From the NCBI GenBank assembly GCA_964451605.1, contig CAYVJA010000002.1:39969-98924 (forward strand): a DNA stretch of 58,956 nt, written 5' to 3'. This document shows positions 28,200 through 39,574 of the stretch, piece by piece (the first letter of the stretch is position 1; every line of letters begins with the position of its first letter). The stretch is from an uncultured Bacteroidales bacterium. Its GTDB lineage: Bacteria > Bacteroidota > Bacteroidia > Bacteroidales > UBA4181. The notes beneath the pieces are model-generated. The model saw only the letters and a list, made by a program, of their open reading frames with translations, was not told where the DNA came from and searched no databases. Position numbers and translations under genes: made by a program.

Positions 28200-29656
28200 A
28201 GCAGGGGGGTAAAGATTCGGGCCAGCGACTCCTTGATGTGGTAATGCCGCGGACGAGTCTGCCATTGATTCAGGGTAAGCAGTTTGCTGTGTTTGAGATC
28301 CTGCAGAAACCTGTTTCGCAACTCTTTGGTTATCTCTTCGTTGTAAATCAGCGCGTTAATCTCGAAGTTCTGGTCAAAACTCCGGATGTCTATGTTGGCG
28401 GTTCCTACCGAGCTGAAGCTGTGGTCTATCATCATGATTTTAGAGTGGGTAAATCCTTTCTCGTAGAGATAGACTTTTACCCCCGAGGCCAGCAGTTCGG
28501 TCACATACGAGAGGGTGGCCCAGTAGGTCATGTGCGAGTCGGATTTTGCCGGGAGCAGAATGCGCACGTCTACCCCACTTAAGGCGCTGGCTTTGATGGC
28601 AGTGAGAATGCTCTCATTGGGGATGAAGTAGGGGGAGGTGAGGAATACCTCCGATTTTGCGGTGGCAATCGCAGTAAAATAGGCCTGCATAATAGAAGCC
28701 CACTCGGAGTCGGGACCACTGGCCACCACCTGTACCATGCACTCACTTGTGGTGTTGAGTTCGGGAAAATAGGGGGGGGTGGCCTCAACAATCTGTTTGC
28801 TTACAAAGTGCCAGTCGGCCATAAAGATCATCTGTAGCGAGTATACTGCCTGCCCTTCCAGCCGGAGATGGGTGTCGCGCCACCTGCCCAACTCCTCGCT
28901 GCCCATGATGTAACGGTCGGCAATATTAAGACCTCCCACAAATCCGATTTCTCCGTCGATAACAATAATTTTCCTGTGGTTCCGGTAGTTGATCTTATTG
29001 GCTAAAGGATAAAACCAGAGCTTAACCGGCATAAAGGGATAGACCTCAACACCCGCATCGGTTAGAGAGCGGATAAATTTTTTGTCAAGGCTCCAGCTCC
29101 CCACATCATCGTAGATCATGCGAACCTTCACCCCCTCTTGTGCCTTTCGGATCAGCAGTTCGCGGAACCTATTGCCCAATTTGTCGTTTTCAATGATATA
29201 GTACTCCAGATGGATATGGTGAGTAGCCGTTTCTATGGCATGGAGTATAGCTCGGAATGTAGCCTGACCGTCGTTTAAGATCTGTACCCGATTCTGGTCG
29301 GAGAGAATAGCTTTTTCGGTATTAAAGAGCAGTTTGGCAATGTTGACCTTGGCTCCGATCTTTCTTGCACCCGATGCATTTCTGGGCAGCCCGATCCCTT
29401 TTTCGGTGGCCATCTCCCTGATTCGAACCAGGTCGGAGAGCCCTTTCCTGGAAAAGATCTTCTCCTTACGGTAATTTTTCCCAATGGAAAAGTAGAGCAG
29501 GATACCCAATGCGGGCAAAAAGATAATCACCAAAATCCAGGAGATGGTTTTGGGTGGATCGCCCTTCTGCTGGATTACGGTTACAACGGTAAAGAGAACC
29601 GTAATCAGGTAGATAAGCCGGATCCAAAAGTCGTACGATAGCGCATCAATCGACAT
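28196..29656 (-). CDS. cls: cardiolipin synthase
   Basis: Two N-terminal TM helices and two PLD HKD motifs (HRKIIVIDG…, HSKIMMIDH…); 486 aa. Confidence 0.93.
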   Translation of the reverse strand: MSIDALSYDFWIRLIYLITVLFTVVTVIQQKGDPPKTISWILVIIFLPALGILLYFSIGKNYRKEKIFSRKGLSDLVRIREMATEKGIGLPRNASGARKIGAKVNIAKLLFNTEKAILSDQNRVQILNDGQATFRAILHAIETATHHIHLEYYIIENDKLGNRFRELLIRKAQEGVKVRMIYDDVGSWSLDKKFIRSLTDAGVEVYPFMPVKLWFYPLANKINYRNHRKIIVIDGEIGFVGGLNIADRYIMGSEELGRWRDTHLRLEGQAVYSLQMIFMADWHFVSKQIVEATPPYFPELNTTSECMVQVVASGPDSEWASIMQAYFTAIATAKSEVFLTSPYFIPNESILTAIKASALSGVDVRILLPAKSDSHMTYWATLSYVTELLASGVKVYLYEKGFTHSKIMMIDHSFSSVGTANIDIRSFDQNFEINALIYNEEITKELRNRFLQDLKHSKLLTLNQWQTRPRHYHIKESLARIFTPLL

Positions 29657-32291
29657 CTTTATTAGCCACTAGTCCGGCTAGCTGACCGGTAAGAGCCTCA
29701 ATTTTTTTCTCGGCATCCTCTTGCTTCTTTCTCTCATTTTCAATCACCGCCTGTGGGGCATTCTGCACAAAACGCTGATTGTTCAGTTTATTCATGACTG
29801 AGGCCAGAAATCCTTTCTGGTACTCCAGCTCTGCCTCGATTCGGGCTCTCTCGCCGGCAATGTCGATCTTTCCCGCCAGCGGGATGTAGAATTCGGTAGT
29901 GCCACAAATAAAGCTGAGGGCACCTTCGGGCTTTTCCGACACCTGTGTGGTTTCCGACAGATTGCACATTTTTGCCAAAACAGGGGCAAAGGGCAGAGGC
30001 CCGCCGGCCAACAGGGGCAGCTGCTCACGGACGGCAATCCCCTTCTCCTGACGTATGGTTCTCACAGAACCGATCACAGATTTGGCCAGTTCAAAGCGGT
30101 TTAAGAGTTCGGTATCGAAGGGTGCGGTTTCCGGCCAGTTCTGGATCATCAGACTCTCTCCTTCGGTGCGGTCTGCAAGCCATTGCCACAACTCTTCGGT
30201 GATAAAAGGCATAAAGGGGTGCAGCAGGCGGAGCAGGGCGTCGAAGTATTGAAGGGTGGCACGATAGGTAACCCCGTCGATAGGTTGCTGGTAGGCGGGT
30301 TTTACCATCTCCAGATACCACGACGAAAACTCGTCCCAGAAGAGCTTGTAGACATTCATCAGCGCCTCCGACAGACGGTACTTGTCGAATTGGTCGTTCA
30401 TTTCATCGAGGGTTTTGTGCAAAATGGCGTCGAACCACTCAATGGCAATTTTGGCCGATTCGGGCTGGGAAATGGTCTCATCAACGCTCCATCCTTTTAG
30501 CAGCCGGAAGGCATTCCAGATTTTGTTGTTGAAATTTCGGCCCTGTTCGCAGAGGGATTCGTCGAAAAGGATGTCGTTTCCGGCAGGAGCCGAGAGCAAC
30601 ATTCCCATGCGAACCCCATCGGCACCGAACTGCTCAATCAGAGCCAGAGGATCGGGCGAGTTGCCAAGCGATTTTGACATCTTCCTGCCCAGTTTGTCGC
30701 GAACAATCCCATGCAGGTAAACATTCCGGAAGGGAAGGGTTCCCATCCACTCATATCCTGCCATAATCATCCGGGCCACCCAGAAGAAGAGAATTTCCGG
30801 AGCTGTCACCAGATCGTGTGTCGGATAGTAATAGGACAGCTCGCGGTTGGGTTTGGCTTCCGGATTTCCGGCAAACGCCGGATCGAATACCGAAATGGGC
30901 CAGAGCCACGACGAGAACCAGGTGTCGAGACAATCTTCGTCCTGCCGCAAATCCTGAAGCGATAGTGCGGGATTGCCCGTTTTTTCGCGTGCCAGTTTCA
31001 ATGCTTCCTCTGCATTCATAGCCACTACATATCCGCCCTGGGGCAGATACCATGCGGGGATTCGATGGCCCCACCAAAGTTGACGGGAGATGCACCAGTC
31101 CTTGATGTTTTCCATCCAATGGCGGTAGGTGTTTTTGTACTTGGCCGGGTGGAGCATAATCTCATCGTTCATCACCGCTTTGAGAGCCGGTTCGGCCAAA
31201 TCGCCCATCTTCACAAACCATTGCATGGAGAGTTTGGGTTCAATAACGGCATCGGTACGTTCGGAGTAACCCACTTTGTTGACGTACTCTTCGCTCTTCT
31301 CCAGGAGGCCCGCTTTCTGCAAATCCTCCTCAATCAGGCGTCGTACCTCAAATCGATCTAAACCGGTATAGGGTGCCCCATTTTGATTCAGCGTGCCGTT
31401 GTTGTGGAAGATGTCGATCGATTCCAGTCCATACTTTTCGCCCAGCATATAGTCGTTTACATCGTGGGCGGGGGTGATTTTTAAGGCTCCCGTACCAAAC
31501 TCCCTGTCGACATATTCGTCCATAATGATGGGAACGGCACGGTTGATGATGGGTACAAGTACCTTTTTCCCCTTCAGGGAGCGGTACCGTTCGTCATCGG
31601 GATGGACGCAAACGGCGGTATCGCCGAGGATGGTTTCGGGCCGGGTAGTGGCCACCAGAACATATCCCTCTTCGCCCTCAATTTTGTATCGCAGGTAGTA
31701 GAGTTTGCTTTTTACCTCTTTGTGTATCACTTCTTCGTCCGAAAGCGCCGTTTGTGCAGCCGGATCCCAGTTTACCATCCGCACTCCGCGGTAGATTTTC
31801 CCTTTTCGGAAGAGATCCACAAAAACCCGGATTACACTTTCGGAGTAATCGGGATTCATAGTGAAGCTGGTACGCTCCCAGTCGCACGATGCACCCAGTT
31901 TTTTAAGCTGTTGCAGAATGATGCCCCCGTGTTTCTCGGTCCACTGCCAGGCATGCTCAAGAAAGGCTTCGCGCGAGAGATCGGACTTCGAAATGCCCTC
32001 TGCTGCCAGTTTGGCTACCACTTTTGCTTCTGTGGCAATGGACGCGTGGTCGGTTCCCGGTACCCAGCAAACATTCTTCCCCTGCATACGGGCTCTGCGA
32101 ACCAAAACATCCTGAATGGTATTGTTCAGCATATGACCCATATGTAATACGCCGGTGACATTGGGCGGGGGGATGACTACGCTGAACGGTTCGCGTGCAT
32201 CAGGCCTGGATTGAAAGAGGCCCTGTTTTTGCCAATAGTCGTACCACTTCTGCTCGGTTTTAGATGGCTCGTATTTAGAGGGTATTTCCAT
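29646..32291 (-). CDS. valS: valine--tRNA ligase
   Basis: 881 aa with a HIGH-type motif ([11 protein letters not shown]), KMSKS, and a C-terminal coiled coil. Confidence 0.96.
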   Translation of the reverse strand: MEIPSKYEPSKTEQKWYDYWQKQGLFQSRPDAREPFSVVIPPPNVTGVLHMGHMLNNTIQDVLVRRARMQGKNVCWVPGTDHASIATEAKVVAKLAAEGISKSDLSREAFLEHAWQWTEKHGGIILQQLKKLGASCDWERTSFTMNPDYSESVIRVFVDLFRKGKIYRGVRMVNWDPAAQTALSDEEVIHKEVKSKLYYLRYKIEGEEGYVLVATTRPETILGDTAVCVHPDDERYRSLKGKKVLVPIINRAVPIIMDEYVDREFGTGALKITPAHDVNDYMLGEKYGLESIDIFHNNGTLNQNGAPYTGLDRFEVRRLIEEDLQKAGLLEKSEEYVNKVGYSERTDAVIEPKLSMQWFVKMGDLAEPALKAVMNDEIMLHPAKYKNTYRHWMENIKDWCISRQLWWGHRIPAWYLPQGGYVVAMNAEEALKLAREKTGNPALSLQDLRQDEDCLDTWFSSWLWPISVFDPAFAGNPEAKPNRELSYYYPTHDLVTAPEILFFWVARMIMAGYEWMGTLPFRNVYLHGIVRDKLGRKMSKSLGNSPDPLALIEQFGADGVRMGMLLSAPAGNDILFDESLCEQGRNFNNKIWNAFRLLKGWSVDETISQPESAKIAIEWFDAILHKTLDEMNDQFDKYRLSEALMNVYKLFWDEFSSWYLEMVKPAYQQPIDGVTYRATLQYFDALLRLLHPFMPFITEELWQWLADRTEGESLMIQNWPETAPFDTELLNRFELAKSVIGSVRTIRQEKGIAVREQLPLLAGGPLPFAPVLAKMCNLSETTQVSEKPEGALSFICGTTEFYIPLAGKIDIAGERARIEAELEYQKGFLASVMNKLNNQRFVQNAPQAVIENERKKQEDAEKKIEALTGQLAGLVANKDVD

Positions 32292-32424
32292 GATTATAAA
32301 TAGCTTATAGGAAGGAAGGATCGATAGGATTGCGCAAAGTTACAAATTTTCGACAGATGCCGCCCCTTTTGCCGCCCGGAATGGTGTTTTCAACGCGCGA
32401 CACTCCCCTTTTCTAAAAAAGCGT

Positions 32425-32432
32425 TATCTTTG
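32425..32432 (+). promoter_or_regulatory. -7 box TAtcTTTG upstream of the DUF1573 gene
   Basis: Exact TAnnTTTG match, 67 nt upstream of the ATG at 32499. Confidence 0.4.
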
Positions 32433-32498
32433 TCGGCACCACTCTGTGTTACAGAGCGGGTTTTCTAACAGATTAGTTTCAATTAGTTCAGAACCGAT

Positions 32499-32984
32499 AT
32501 GAAAAGGATTGCGTTTATTTCCGTTTTACTGTTGTTGGCCTGCAGTCTGAGTTGGGCTCAGAAATCGACCAGGCAGGTAGGCCGTCTCAAAAAAACAGAG
32601 GGTGCTGCGGCGGCGAAAGCCTCCGAACAGAAGGCGGAGGCATCGAAGGGTGCCCGAATCCGTTTCGATAAGATGGTGCACGATTTCGGGAAAGTTGCCT
32701 ATGAAGGAGATGCTACAGCTACCTTTACCTTTACCAATCAGGGAACGCTTCCCCTTGTGATTATAAAATGCAGAGCTACATGCGGTTGTACCGAGCCTAA
32801 ATGGTCGTACGAACCCGTGAAGCCGGGCGAAAAAGGGCAGATTACCGTGAGTTACAATACCCAGATTACCGGCCCCTTTAACAAGCCGATCACGGTAATT
32901 ACCAACGCCGACACCTCATCTGTTGTACTGACCATTAAGGGCACGGTCGATAGTCCGCAGTTGCCCGCTTCACAGGCCCGATAG
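32499..32984 (+). CDS. DUF1573 domain-containing secreted protein
   Basis: Signal peptide and the typical FDKMVHDFGKV…FTFTNQGTLPLVI…CGCT…V motif. Confidence 0.85.
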   Translation: MKRIAFISVLLLLACSLSWAQKSTRQVGRLKKTEGAAAAKASEQKAEASKGARIRFDKMVHDFGKVAYEGDATATFTFTNQGTLPLVIIKCRATCGCTEPKWSYEPVKPGEKGQITVSYNTQITGPFNKPITVITNADTSSVVLTIKGTVDSPQLPASQAR

Positions 32985-33003
32985 CCCCTTATTCCGCTTA
33001 CAT

Positions 33004-34203
33004 ATGCCCTCAATATCTGTCCGCGGGGGAGAGATGCCAGCCTCACCCATCCGCAAACTTGTACCTCTTTCTGATCAGGCAAAGGCCCGTGGAGTGAAGG
33101 TATATCATCTGAATATTGGTCAGCCCGATTTGCCTACTCCCGATATCGCGCTCGATGCCGTCAGGAATATCGATCGTAAAGTACTGGAATACAGTCCGAG
33201 CGATGGATATCTCAGTTACCGTAAAAAATTGACCGGGTATTATGCCCGGTTTAATATCTCGGTTTCGCCCGAAGAGATTATTGTAACTACCGGTGGATCG
33301 GAAGCCGTGTTATTTGCTTTTTTGTCATGTCTCGATCCGGGCGATGAAATCATTGTGCCCGAACCGGCCTATGCAAACTATATGGCTTTTGCCATTTCGG
33401 CAGGAGCGGTGATTCGTTCGGTGCCCTCTTCAATTGAGGAGGGGTTTGCTTTGCCTCCCATCGAGAAGTTTGAGGCGTTGATCACTCCGCGTACCAAGGG
33501 AATCCTGATTTGCAATCCCAATAATCCCACCGGTTATCTCTACACCCGGAGCGAGATGAATCAGATTCGCGATCTGGTGAAAAAGTATAATCTCTATCTC
33601 TTTTCGGACGAGGTGTATCGGGAGTTTTGCTACACAGGTGCGCCCTATATTTCGGCCTGCCATCTGGAAGGTATCGAGGAAAATGTGGTCTTAATCGATT
33701 CCGTATCGAAACGATACAGTGAATGCGGTATTCGGATCGGGGCGCTGATTACCAAGAACAGGGCACTCAGAGCCACGGTGATGAAATTTTGCCAGGCTCG
33801 GTTAAGCCCGCCGTTGTTGGGCCAGTTGGCTGCCGAAGCATCGCTCGATGCCCCGGAGGATTATATGCTCGACATGTACAATGAGTATGTTGAGCGCCGT
33901 AAATATCTGATAGATAGGATCAATAAAATCCCCGGGTGTTACTCTCCCATTCCCATGGGGGCTTTTTACACAGTGGCTCGTCTTCCGGTTGATGACGCGG
34001 ATCGTTTCTGCGCCTGGTGTCTGGAGTCGTTCGAGTATAAAAAGCAGACCATCTTTATGGCACCCGCATCCGGATTTTATATTACGCCGGGTATGGGTCG
34101 TAATGAGGTGCGTCTGGCCTATGTCATAAAGAAGGCCGATCTGAAGAATGCCATGGATTGCCTCGAAGAGGCGCTGAAGTCCTATCCGGGCCGGACGGTC
34201 TAA
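33004..34203 (+). CDS. pyridoxal phosphate-dependent aminotransferase (class I, AspAT-like)
   Basis: 399 aa with ASPIRKL near the N-terminus, NPNNPTG, and SVSKRYS (PLP lysine). Confidence 0.9.
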   Translation: MPSISVRGGEMPASPIRKLVPLSDQAKARGVKVYHLNIGQPDLPTPDIALDAVRNIDRKVLEYSPSDGYLSYRKKLTGYYARFNISVSPEEIIVTTGGSEAVLFAFLSCLDPGDEIIVPEPAYANYMAFAISAGAVIRSVPSSIEEGFALPPIEKFEALITPRTKGILICNPNNPTGYLYTRSEMNQIRDLVKKYNLYLFSDEVYREFCYTGAPYISACHLEGIEENVVLIDSVSKRYSECGIRIGALITKNRALRATVMKFCQARLSPPLLGQLAAEASLDAPEDYMLDMYNEYVERRKYLIDRINKIPGCYSPIPMGAFYTVARLPVDDADRFCAWCLESFEYKKQTIFMAPASGFYITPGMGRNEVRLAYVIKKADLKNAMDCLEEALKSYPGRTV

Positions 34204-34212
34204 CCTGTGCCG

Positions 34213-35046
34213 CTAAAGCAGATAGCGCTGCTGTAACAGCTCGTCCATCTCTTGCTGAATCTCCATCGCCTTTTGACGGGCAGTCTGGTCGAAAGTATCG
34301 GTGCTGTCGGCGTGAATAATGGCTCTGGATGAGTTAATCAACAAACCACACTGGCTGTTAAGCCCTACCCGCGAAACCTCGCGCAGGCTTCCTCCCTGTG
34401 CTCCAACGCCCGGGACCAGCAAAAAGTGGTTAGGCACGATGCTCCGCACGGCTTCGAACATCTCGGGTTTGGTGGCGCCTACCACATACATCATATTATC
34501 TTCGGTACCCCAGTTTTTGGAGAAGTCGAGTACCCGTTCGAAGGTACGCAGACCGGAATATTTGTCTTCCATGAACTGGAAATCGGAGGCGCCGGAATTC
34601 GAGGTTAAGGCAAGCAGGATGGCCCATTTGCCTGGATATTGCAGAAAGGGGGTAACGGAATCTTCGCCCATATAGGGCGCGAGGGTGATGGCATCGAAGG
34701 GCATCTGCCGGAAAAAGGCGGCTGCATACTTCCCCGCGGTATTACCGATATCGCCTCTTTTGGCATCGGCAATCAGGAAAATACTGGGGTATTTTTCTTT
34801 AATGTACTCAACCGTCTTCTTTAGATTCACCCAACCGGTAACTCCATGTACCTCGTAGAAGGCAAGGTTCGGTTTAAAGGCAACCGCATAGGGTGCGGTT
34901 GCATCTACAATCCGTTTATTAAATTCGAAAAGGGCATCAGGGCTCTTTTTTAACGAATCGGGAATGCGGGCGTAGTCAGGATCGAGCCCTACGCAGAGGT
35001 AACTGCGCTTCATGCGGATCTGTGTAAAAAGGTCGAATGCGCTCAT
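34213..35046 (-). CDS. pyrF: orotidine-5'-phosphate decarboxylase (type 2)
   Basis: 277 aa with LCVGLDPD and [11 protein letters not shown] motifs. Confidence 0.93.
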   Translation of the reverse strand: MSAFDLFTQIRMKRSYLCVGLDPDYARIPDSLKKSPDALFEFNKRIVDATAPYAVAFKPNLAFYEVHGVTGWVNLKKTVEYIKEKYPSIFLIADAKRGDIGNTAGKYAAAFFRQMPFDAITLAPYMGEDSVTPFLQYPGKWAILLALTSNSGASDFQFMEDKYSGLRTFERVLDFSKNWGTEDNMMYVVGATKPEMFEAVRSIVPNHFLLVPGVGAQGGSLREVSRVGLNSQCGLLINSSRAIIHADSTDTFDQTARQKAMEIQQEMDELLQQRYLL

Positions 35047-35074
35047 ATCGATAGTGTGATTTGCCTATGAATGT

Positions 35075-36160
35075 TTAAATTTCAGACTCTTTCAGTCTTT
35101 CGGCATTTTCGGCCATCTGGAGCTTGTCAATCAGCTCTTGCAGGTTGCCGTCGATGATGCTTTGCAGGTTGTAGAGGGTGAGATTAATCCGGTGATCGGT
35201 GATGCGTCCCTGAGGCCAGTTGTAGGTGCGAATCTTGGCCGACCTGTCGCCCGTAGAGACCATGGTTTTCCGTTTCGAAGCAATCTCGTCGAGATACTTG
35301 GAGTATTCGAGGTTGTATATTCGGGTGCGAAGCTCGCCCATCGCCTTTTCCAGGTTCTTAATCTGCGACTTCTCATCCTGGCACTGAACCACGATGCCGG
35401 TGGGAATATGGGTGAGGCGAATGGCCGAGTAGGTGGTATTCACCGATTGTCCGCCGGGACCCGACGAACAGAAGGTGTCTTTTCGAATATCGCCCATATT
35501 GAGTTCAATGTCGAATTCTCCCGCTTCGGGTAGAACGGCAACGGTGGCAGCTGAGGTGTGAATCCGTCCTTGTGTTTCGGTTTTGGGTACTCGCTGGACA
35601 CGGTGTACACCCGATTCATATTTCAGGATACCGTACACCTTGTCGCCGGTTACATTAAAGACAATCTCTTTGTACCCCCCTGAGGTTCCCTCCGAAAGGT
35701 TGGTTATCTCAATTTTCCATCCCCGGGTTTCACAATATTTCTGGTACATGCGGAAGAGGTCGCCGGCAAAGATGCTCGCTTCGTCGCCACCGGTTCCTGC
35801 CCGGATTTCCATTACTGCATTTTTATCATCTTCGGGATCTGAGGGGAGAAGCAGAAGTTTAATCTCCTCTTCCATTGGCTCTACCTGTTCGGTAAGACTC
35901 TCCAGTTCGGCACGGGCCATGTCGCGCATCTCTTCGTCCTTTTCGTTGGCCAGCATCTCTTTGGCATCCTCAATGTTGCTGAGAATATTGCGGAACTTGT
36001 CGTAGGCTTCAATGAGTGGCTCTAGGTCACGGTACTCTTTGTTCAGTTTGATGAACCGTTTTATGTCGGAGGTCACGTCGGGGTCGGATATCTGCTGACG
36101 GGTCTCCTCGAAGCGAAGTTTGATGGTTTCCAGCTTTTCCAGAAGGGAGTGGTAGGGCAT
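35075..36160 (-). CDS. prfA: peptide chain release factor 1
   Basis: 361 aa starting at the ATG at 36160 ([11 protein letters not shown]…), with PxT-type and GGQ (SGPGGQSVN) motifs. The track's 123-codon upstream extension overlaps nadB and is rejected. Confidence 0.93.
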   Translation of the reverse strand: MPYHSLLEKLETIKLRFEETRQQISDPDVTSDIKRFIKLNKEYRDLEPLIEAYDKFRNILSNIEDAKEMLANEKDEEMRDMARAELESLTEQVEPMEEEIKLLLLPSDPEDDKNAVMEIRAGTGGDEASIFAGDLFRMYQKYCETRGWKIEITNLSEGTSGGYKEIVFNVTGDKVYGILKYESGVHRVQRVPKTETQGRIHTSAATVAVLPEAGEFDIELNMGDIRKDTFCSSGPGGQSVNTTYSAIRLTHIPTGIVVQCQDEKSQIKNLEKAMGELRTRIYNLEYSKYLDEIASKRKTMVSTGDRSAKIRTYNWPQGRITDHRINLTLYNLQSIIDGNLQELIDKLQMAENAERLKESEI

Positions 36161-36222
36161 AATTGTAATGGCCTTTTGTGCGACGCGCAAAGGTAGTAAG
36201 TTTTTTGATTGGAATTTTGGTG

Positions 36223-36230
36223 TACTTTTG
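36223..36230 (+). promoter_or_regulatory. -7 box TActTTTG upstream of nadB
   Basis: Exact TAnnTTTG match, 27 nt before the ATG at 36257. A mirrored TAccTTTG on the minus strand (36188-36195) could serve prfA. Confidence 0.4.
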
Positions 36231-36256
36231 ACAGGCGTAACAGAACAGGCCATTTC

Positions 36257-37837
36257 ATGAGAAAACGAGTAGATTTTTTGGTCATTGGGAGCGGATTGGC
36301 AGGATTGAGTTTTGCCCTGAAAGTTGCCGATAAGGGGAAAGTGTGCGTGGTTACCAAATCGCGTCTTGACGAAACCAACACCTCTTTTGCACAAGGAGGT
36401 ATTGCTGCCGTGTCGCAGCTGGCCGATAGTTGGGAGAAGCATATTAGCGATACCCTGATTGCCGGCGACGGTGTGTGCGATGAGAAGGTGGTGCGCATGG
36501 TGGTTCAGGAGGCTCCGGGGCAGATCCAACAGTTAATTGAGTGGGGTACGCGGTTCGATCAGGACGAACATGGCGGCTACGACCTGGCCCGTGAGGGAGG
36601 TCATTCCGAACATCGTATCTACCATCACAAAGACAATACCGGATCGGAGATTCAGCGGGCGCTGAGCGAAAGAGCCCGAAGTCATCCCAACATTGAAATT
36701 CTGGAAAACCATTTTGCCGTCGATCTGATTACTCAACATCACCTCGGTGTGCTGGTTAAGCGGTACCACACCGATATCCAGTGTTTTGGCGCCTACGTGG
36801 CCCAGGCCTCAACCAATACCATTATGAGTATCGAAGCAAAGGTGACGGTACTGGCTTGCGGAGGGACCGGGAATATTTATGCCACTACCACCAATCCTCC
36901 TGTAGCCACGGGCGATGGCATTGCCATGGTATATCGGGCAAAGGGGTTGATTGACGATACCGAATTTGTGCAGTTTCACCCCACTTCGCTTTATAATCCC
37001 GGACAGCGGCCCTCTTTTCTGATTTCTGAGGCATTGCGGGGCTTTGGTGCAATCTTGCGTACCCCCGACGGGGAGGAACTCATGCTGAAATATGATTCGC
37101 GTGGTTCGCTTGCACCTCGTGATATTGTGGCGCGCGCCATAGACCACGAAATGAAGCAGCACGGCTATGATCATGTCTATCTGGATGCTACCCATCTCGA
37201 TCCCAAAGGGTTAGAAACCCATTTCCCCAATATTCTCCAGAAATGCCTTGAGCTGGGCATTGATATGCGAAAGCAGTATATTCCGGTTGTACCTGCAGCC
37301 CACTATTTTTGCGGAGGTATTCGTGTGGATATGCGCGGCAGAACCACTATTAACCGGCTCTATGCATTGGGCGAAACCTCCTGTACCGGACTCCACGGTG
37401 CCAATCGTCTGGCCTCTAACTCTTTGATTGAGGCCATTGTTTATGCCGACCGGGCTTCGAAAGATGCCTTGTCTTGTTTTCAGGAGCTTTCTATTCCCGA
37501 AGGGATTCCCGAGTGGAATGCCGAAGGGACTACCTGGCCTGAGGAGATGGTGCTGATTACCCAAAACTGTAAGGAGATGCAGCAGATCATGAGTAATTAT
37601 GTGGGTATTGTCAGGTCGAATCTGCGGTTGGAGCGGGCAAAAAATCGGCTGCGGGTAATTTTCGAGGAGACGGAGGCACTGTATGCCCGTTCTATCCTCT
37701 CCAGACCCCTGTGCGAATTGCGCAATATGATTACGGTTTCCTACCTGGTTATCAAGGCGGCTCAGGCGCGTCACGAAAGTGTCGGGCTCCATTATACCAT
37801 CGATTATCCCAAACGCAAACAGCGCCCTTCGTTATAA
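36257..37837 (+). CDS. nadB: L-aspartate oxidase
   Basis: FAD-binding N-terminus ([16 protein letters not shown]) in a succinate dehydrogenase/fumarate reductase flavoprotein-like fold. The start at 36257 is preferred. Confidence 0.93.
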   Translation: MRKRVDFLVIGSGLAGLSFALKVADKGKVCVVTKSRLDETNTSFAQGGIAAVSQLADSWEKHISDTLIAGDGVCDEKVVRMVVQEAPGQIQQLIEWGTRFDQDEHGGYDLAREGGHSEHRIYHHKDNTGSEIQRALSERARSHPNIEILENHFAVDLITQHHLGVLVKRYHTDIQCFGAYVAQASTNTIMSIEAKVTVLACGGTGNIYATTTNPPVATGDGIAMVYRAKGLIDDTEFVQFHPTSLYNPGQRPSFLISEALRGFGAILRTPDGEELMLKYDSRGSLAPRDIVARAIDHEMKQHGYDHVYLDATHLDPKGLETHFPNILQKCLELGIDMRKQYIPVVPAAHYFCGGIRVDMRGRTTINRLYALGETSCTGLHGANRLASNSLIEAIVYADRASKDALSCFQELSIPEGIPEWNAEGTTWPEEMVLITQNCKEMQQIMSNYVGIVRSNLRLERAKNRLRVIFEETEALYARSILSRPLCELRNMITVSYLVIKAAQARHESVGLHYTIDYPKRKQRPSL

Positions 37838-37847
37838 TTGTCTGTTT

Positions 37848-39215
37848 ATGAGAGTTCATCTGATTGCCATTGGAGGCAGTGCCATGCATAATCTGGCCCT
37901 TGCACTACAGGAGAAGGGGTATGAGGTTTCCGGTTCGGACGATGAAGTTTTCGAGCCCTCTCGTTCGCGGCTGGCTGCCAGGGGATTGCTTCCTTCCGAA
38001 ATGGGTTGGAATCCATCACGTATCGGTCCGCATCTGGATGCAGTGATTCTGGGTATGCATGCACGGCAGGATAACCCTGAATTAATCAGGGCTATGGAAT
38101 TAGGTCTGAAAATTTACTCCTATCCCGAGTATCTCTACGCGCAAAATGCAAACCGAAAGAGGGTAGTTATCGGAGGAAGTCACGGGAAAACCACCATTAC
38201 TTCCATGATCATGCATGTCTTGCGTCACGCCGGAATTGATTTTAATTATCTGGTCGGGGCTCAACTGGAGGGGTTCGATACTATGGTTCGCCTTAGCGAC
38301 TCGGCATCGGTGGCTGTTTTTGAGGGCGATGAGTATCTGGCCTCGCCTATCGACCGCCGACCTAAGTTTCATCTGTATCACCCTCATATCGCTGTGGTGA
38401 GCGGTATCGCCTGGGATCATATCAATGTATTTCCCACCTTTTCGCTCTATGTTGAGCAATTCGAGAAATTTATGCAACTCATCGAATCGGGGGGTACGCT
38501 GATCTACTCGGCCGATGATGCAACCCTTTCGGATTGCGTCAACCGACTCTCTCTTTCTATCGAAACGGTGCCCTATCAGCCCTTCCCATCGGTCATTTTA
38601 CAGCATATAACCCATATTCTCCGCGATGGAGAGTCGGTTCCTCTGAAGATCTTCGGAGCCCATAATATGCAGAATCTTCGGGCGGCCTACGAGGTTTGCA
38701 TACGCCTGGGGGTTGATGATACGCTCTTTTTCGACGCTATGCGCTCGTTCCGGGGTGCAGCCCGAAGGTTGCAGACGCTTGCCGAAACCGAACAATCGAC
38801 TGTTTTTCTTGATTTTGCCCATTCTCCCTCCAAGTTGGGTGCCACATTGAAGGCCGTCACGGCGCAATATCCGGGAAGACAACTGGTGGCTTGTATGGAG
38901 TTACACACCTTCAGCAGTCTGAACAGCCATTTTCTTCAGGAGTACCGTCATACCATGCAAGGTGCCGATAAGGCATTTGTCTACTACAACCCTCATACCC
39001 TGGAACACAAAAAACTTCCCCCCATCTCGGCCGAAGCCGTTCGGGAGGCTTTTGGCGACCCTTTCCCCGAGGTGTATACCGACTCAAAGGCGCTTATCGC
39101 TCGTCTGGAGTCTATGCACTGGGACGAAACCAACGCACTCCTCATGACATCGGGCAACTTCGACGGAGTAGATATGCCCGAACTGGCTCTCCGACTCGTG
39201 CGCAAACAGCTGTAA
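37848..39215 (+). CDS. Mur ligase family protein (Mpl-like UDP-N-acetylmuramate:tripeptide ligase)
   Basis: Starts MRVHLIAIGGSAMHNLALAL…, with a GSHGKTT P-loop and Mur ligase middle and C-terminal domains. The start at 37848 is preferred. Confidence 0.8.
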   Translation: MRVHLIAIGGSAMHNLALALQEKGYEVSGSDDEVFEPSRSRLAARGLLPSEMGWNPSRIGPHLDAVILGMHARQDNPELIRAMELGLKIYSYPEYLYAQNANRKRVVIGGSHGKTTITSMIMHVLRHAGIDFNYLVGAQLEGFDTMVRLSDSASVAVFEGDEYLASPIDRRPKFHLYHPHIAVVSGIAWDHINVFPTFSLYVEQFEKFMQLIESGGTLIYSADDATLSDCVNRLSLSIETVPYQPFPSVILQHITHILRDGESVPLKIFGAHNMQNLRAAYEVCIRLGVDDTLFFDAMRSFRGAARRLQTLAETEQSTVFLDFAHSPSKLGATLKAVTAQYPGRQLVACMELHTFSSLNSHFLQEYRHTMQGADKAFVYYNPHTLEHKKLPPISAEAVREAFGDPFPEVYTDSKALIARLESMHWDETNALLMTSGNFDGVDMPELALRLVRKQL

Positions 39216-39290
39216 AATAGCACTATAAGACCATTCTGGCAAATTCCCCCAATTTTTTCAAAAAGGGTTTGGGAGTTTCAGAAATAGTCG

Positions 39291-39298
39291 TAGTTTTG
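39291..39298 (+). promoter_or_regulatory. -7 box TAgtTTTG with -33 TTTG (39268-39271, 19-nt spacer) driving tRNA-Glu(UUC)
   Basis: Both consensus elements are present at canonical spacing, about 34 nt upstream of the mature tRNA 5' end. Confidence 0.55.
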
Positions 39299-39331
39299 CA
39301 TCGCCTTTCAAAAAAGGTAATTCACAGAGAT

Positions 39332-39406
39332 GGTCGGTTCATCTAAGGGTTAGGATTCAAGATTTTCATTCTTGCCATAGGGGTTCGAATCCCCTACGGA
39401 CTACCA
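39332..39406 (+). tRNA. tRNA-Glu (anticodon UUC), CCA encoded
   Basis: Hand fold: GGTCGGT TC ATCT aagggtta GGAT T CAAGA ttTTCat TCTTG ccat AGGGG ttcgaat CCCCT ACGGACT A CCA. It has U11-A24, U13-G22 and a 4-nt variable loop. The acceptor has a G5-G68 mismatch and a G1-U72 wobble. Confidence 0.75.
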
Positions 39407-39409
39407 AAG

Positions 39410-39441
39410 AAAAAAACGCCGGGGAATCCCGGCGTTTTTTT
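39410..39441 (+). terminator. Rho-independent terminator after tRNA-Glu(UUC)
   Basis: CGCCGGG-gaat-CCCGGCG followed by T7. Confidence 0.8.
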
Positions 39442-39469
39442 CTTTTTGTATCCTTCTCCATCTCCCTAT

Positions 39470-39574
39470 CACCAGAGCATTGCGCACCAGCGCATCACCA
39501 GAGCACCAGAGCACTGTTTCACTGCTACACTATTACACCCGCGCGCAGCGCATCATTAGAGCATTAAAGCATTA
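39470..39574. repeat. Intergenic repeat copy F
   Basis: On the plus strand it reads CACCAGAGCAT TGCGCACCAGCGCATCAC CAGAGCAC CAGAGCAC, then TGTTTCACTGCTACACTATTACACCC, GCGCGCAGCGCATCA and TTAGAGCAT TAAAGCAT TA. It is oriented with the GH2 gene, whose stop (39572-39574) lies in the first octamer. Confidence 0.9.

Noticed and set aside
28770-28777. G8 homopolymer inside the cardiolipin synthase gene as a slipped-strand phase-variation tract
   Set aside because: It is a single short tract encoding Pro-Pro in a housekeeping gene, with no supporting evidence. T8/A8 runs at ~391 and ~3144 are similar.
36161-36529. N-terminal extension of the prfA ORF (484 aa in the track)
   Set aside because: RF1 homology starts at MPYHSLLEK (ATG at 36160). 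The extension overlaps the divergent nadB start and the promoter boxes.
37211-37792. Long antisense ORFs inside nadB, mutA (47701-48357), mutB (49459-50028), gpmI (53492-54163), gltX (42921-43526), DUF5686 (45617-46198), fabF (56626-57234) and folK (54676-55167)
   Set aside because: All lie opposite well-supported genes, lack motifs and have skewed composition, so they are shadow ORFs.
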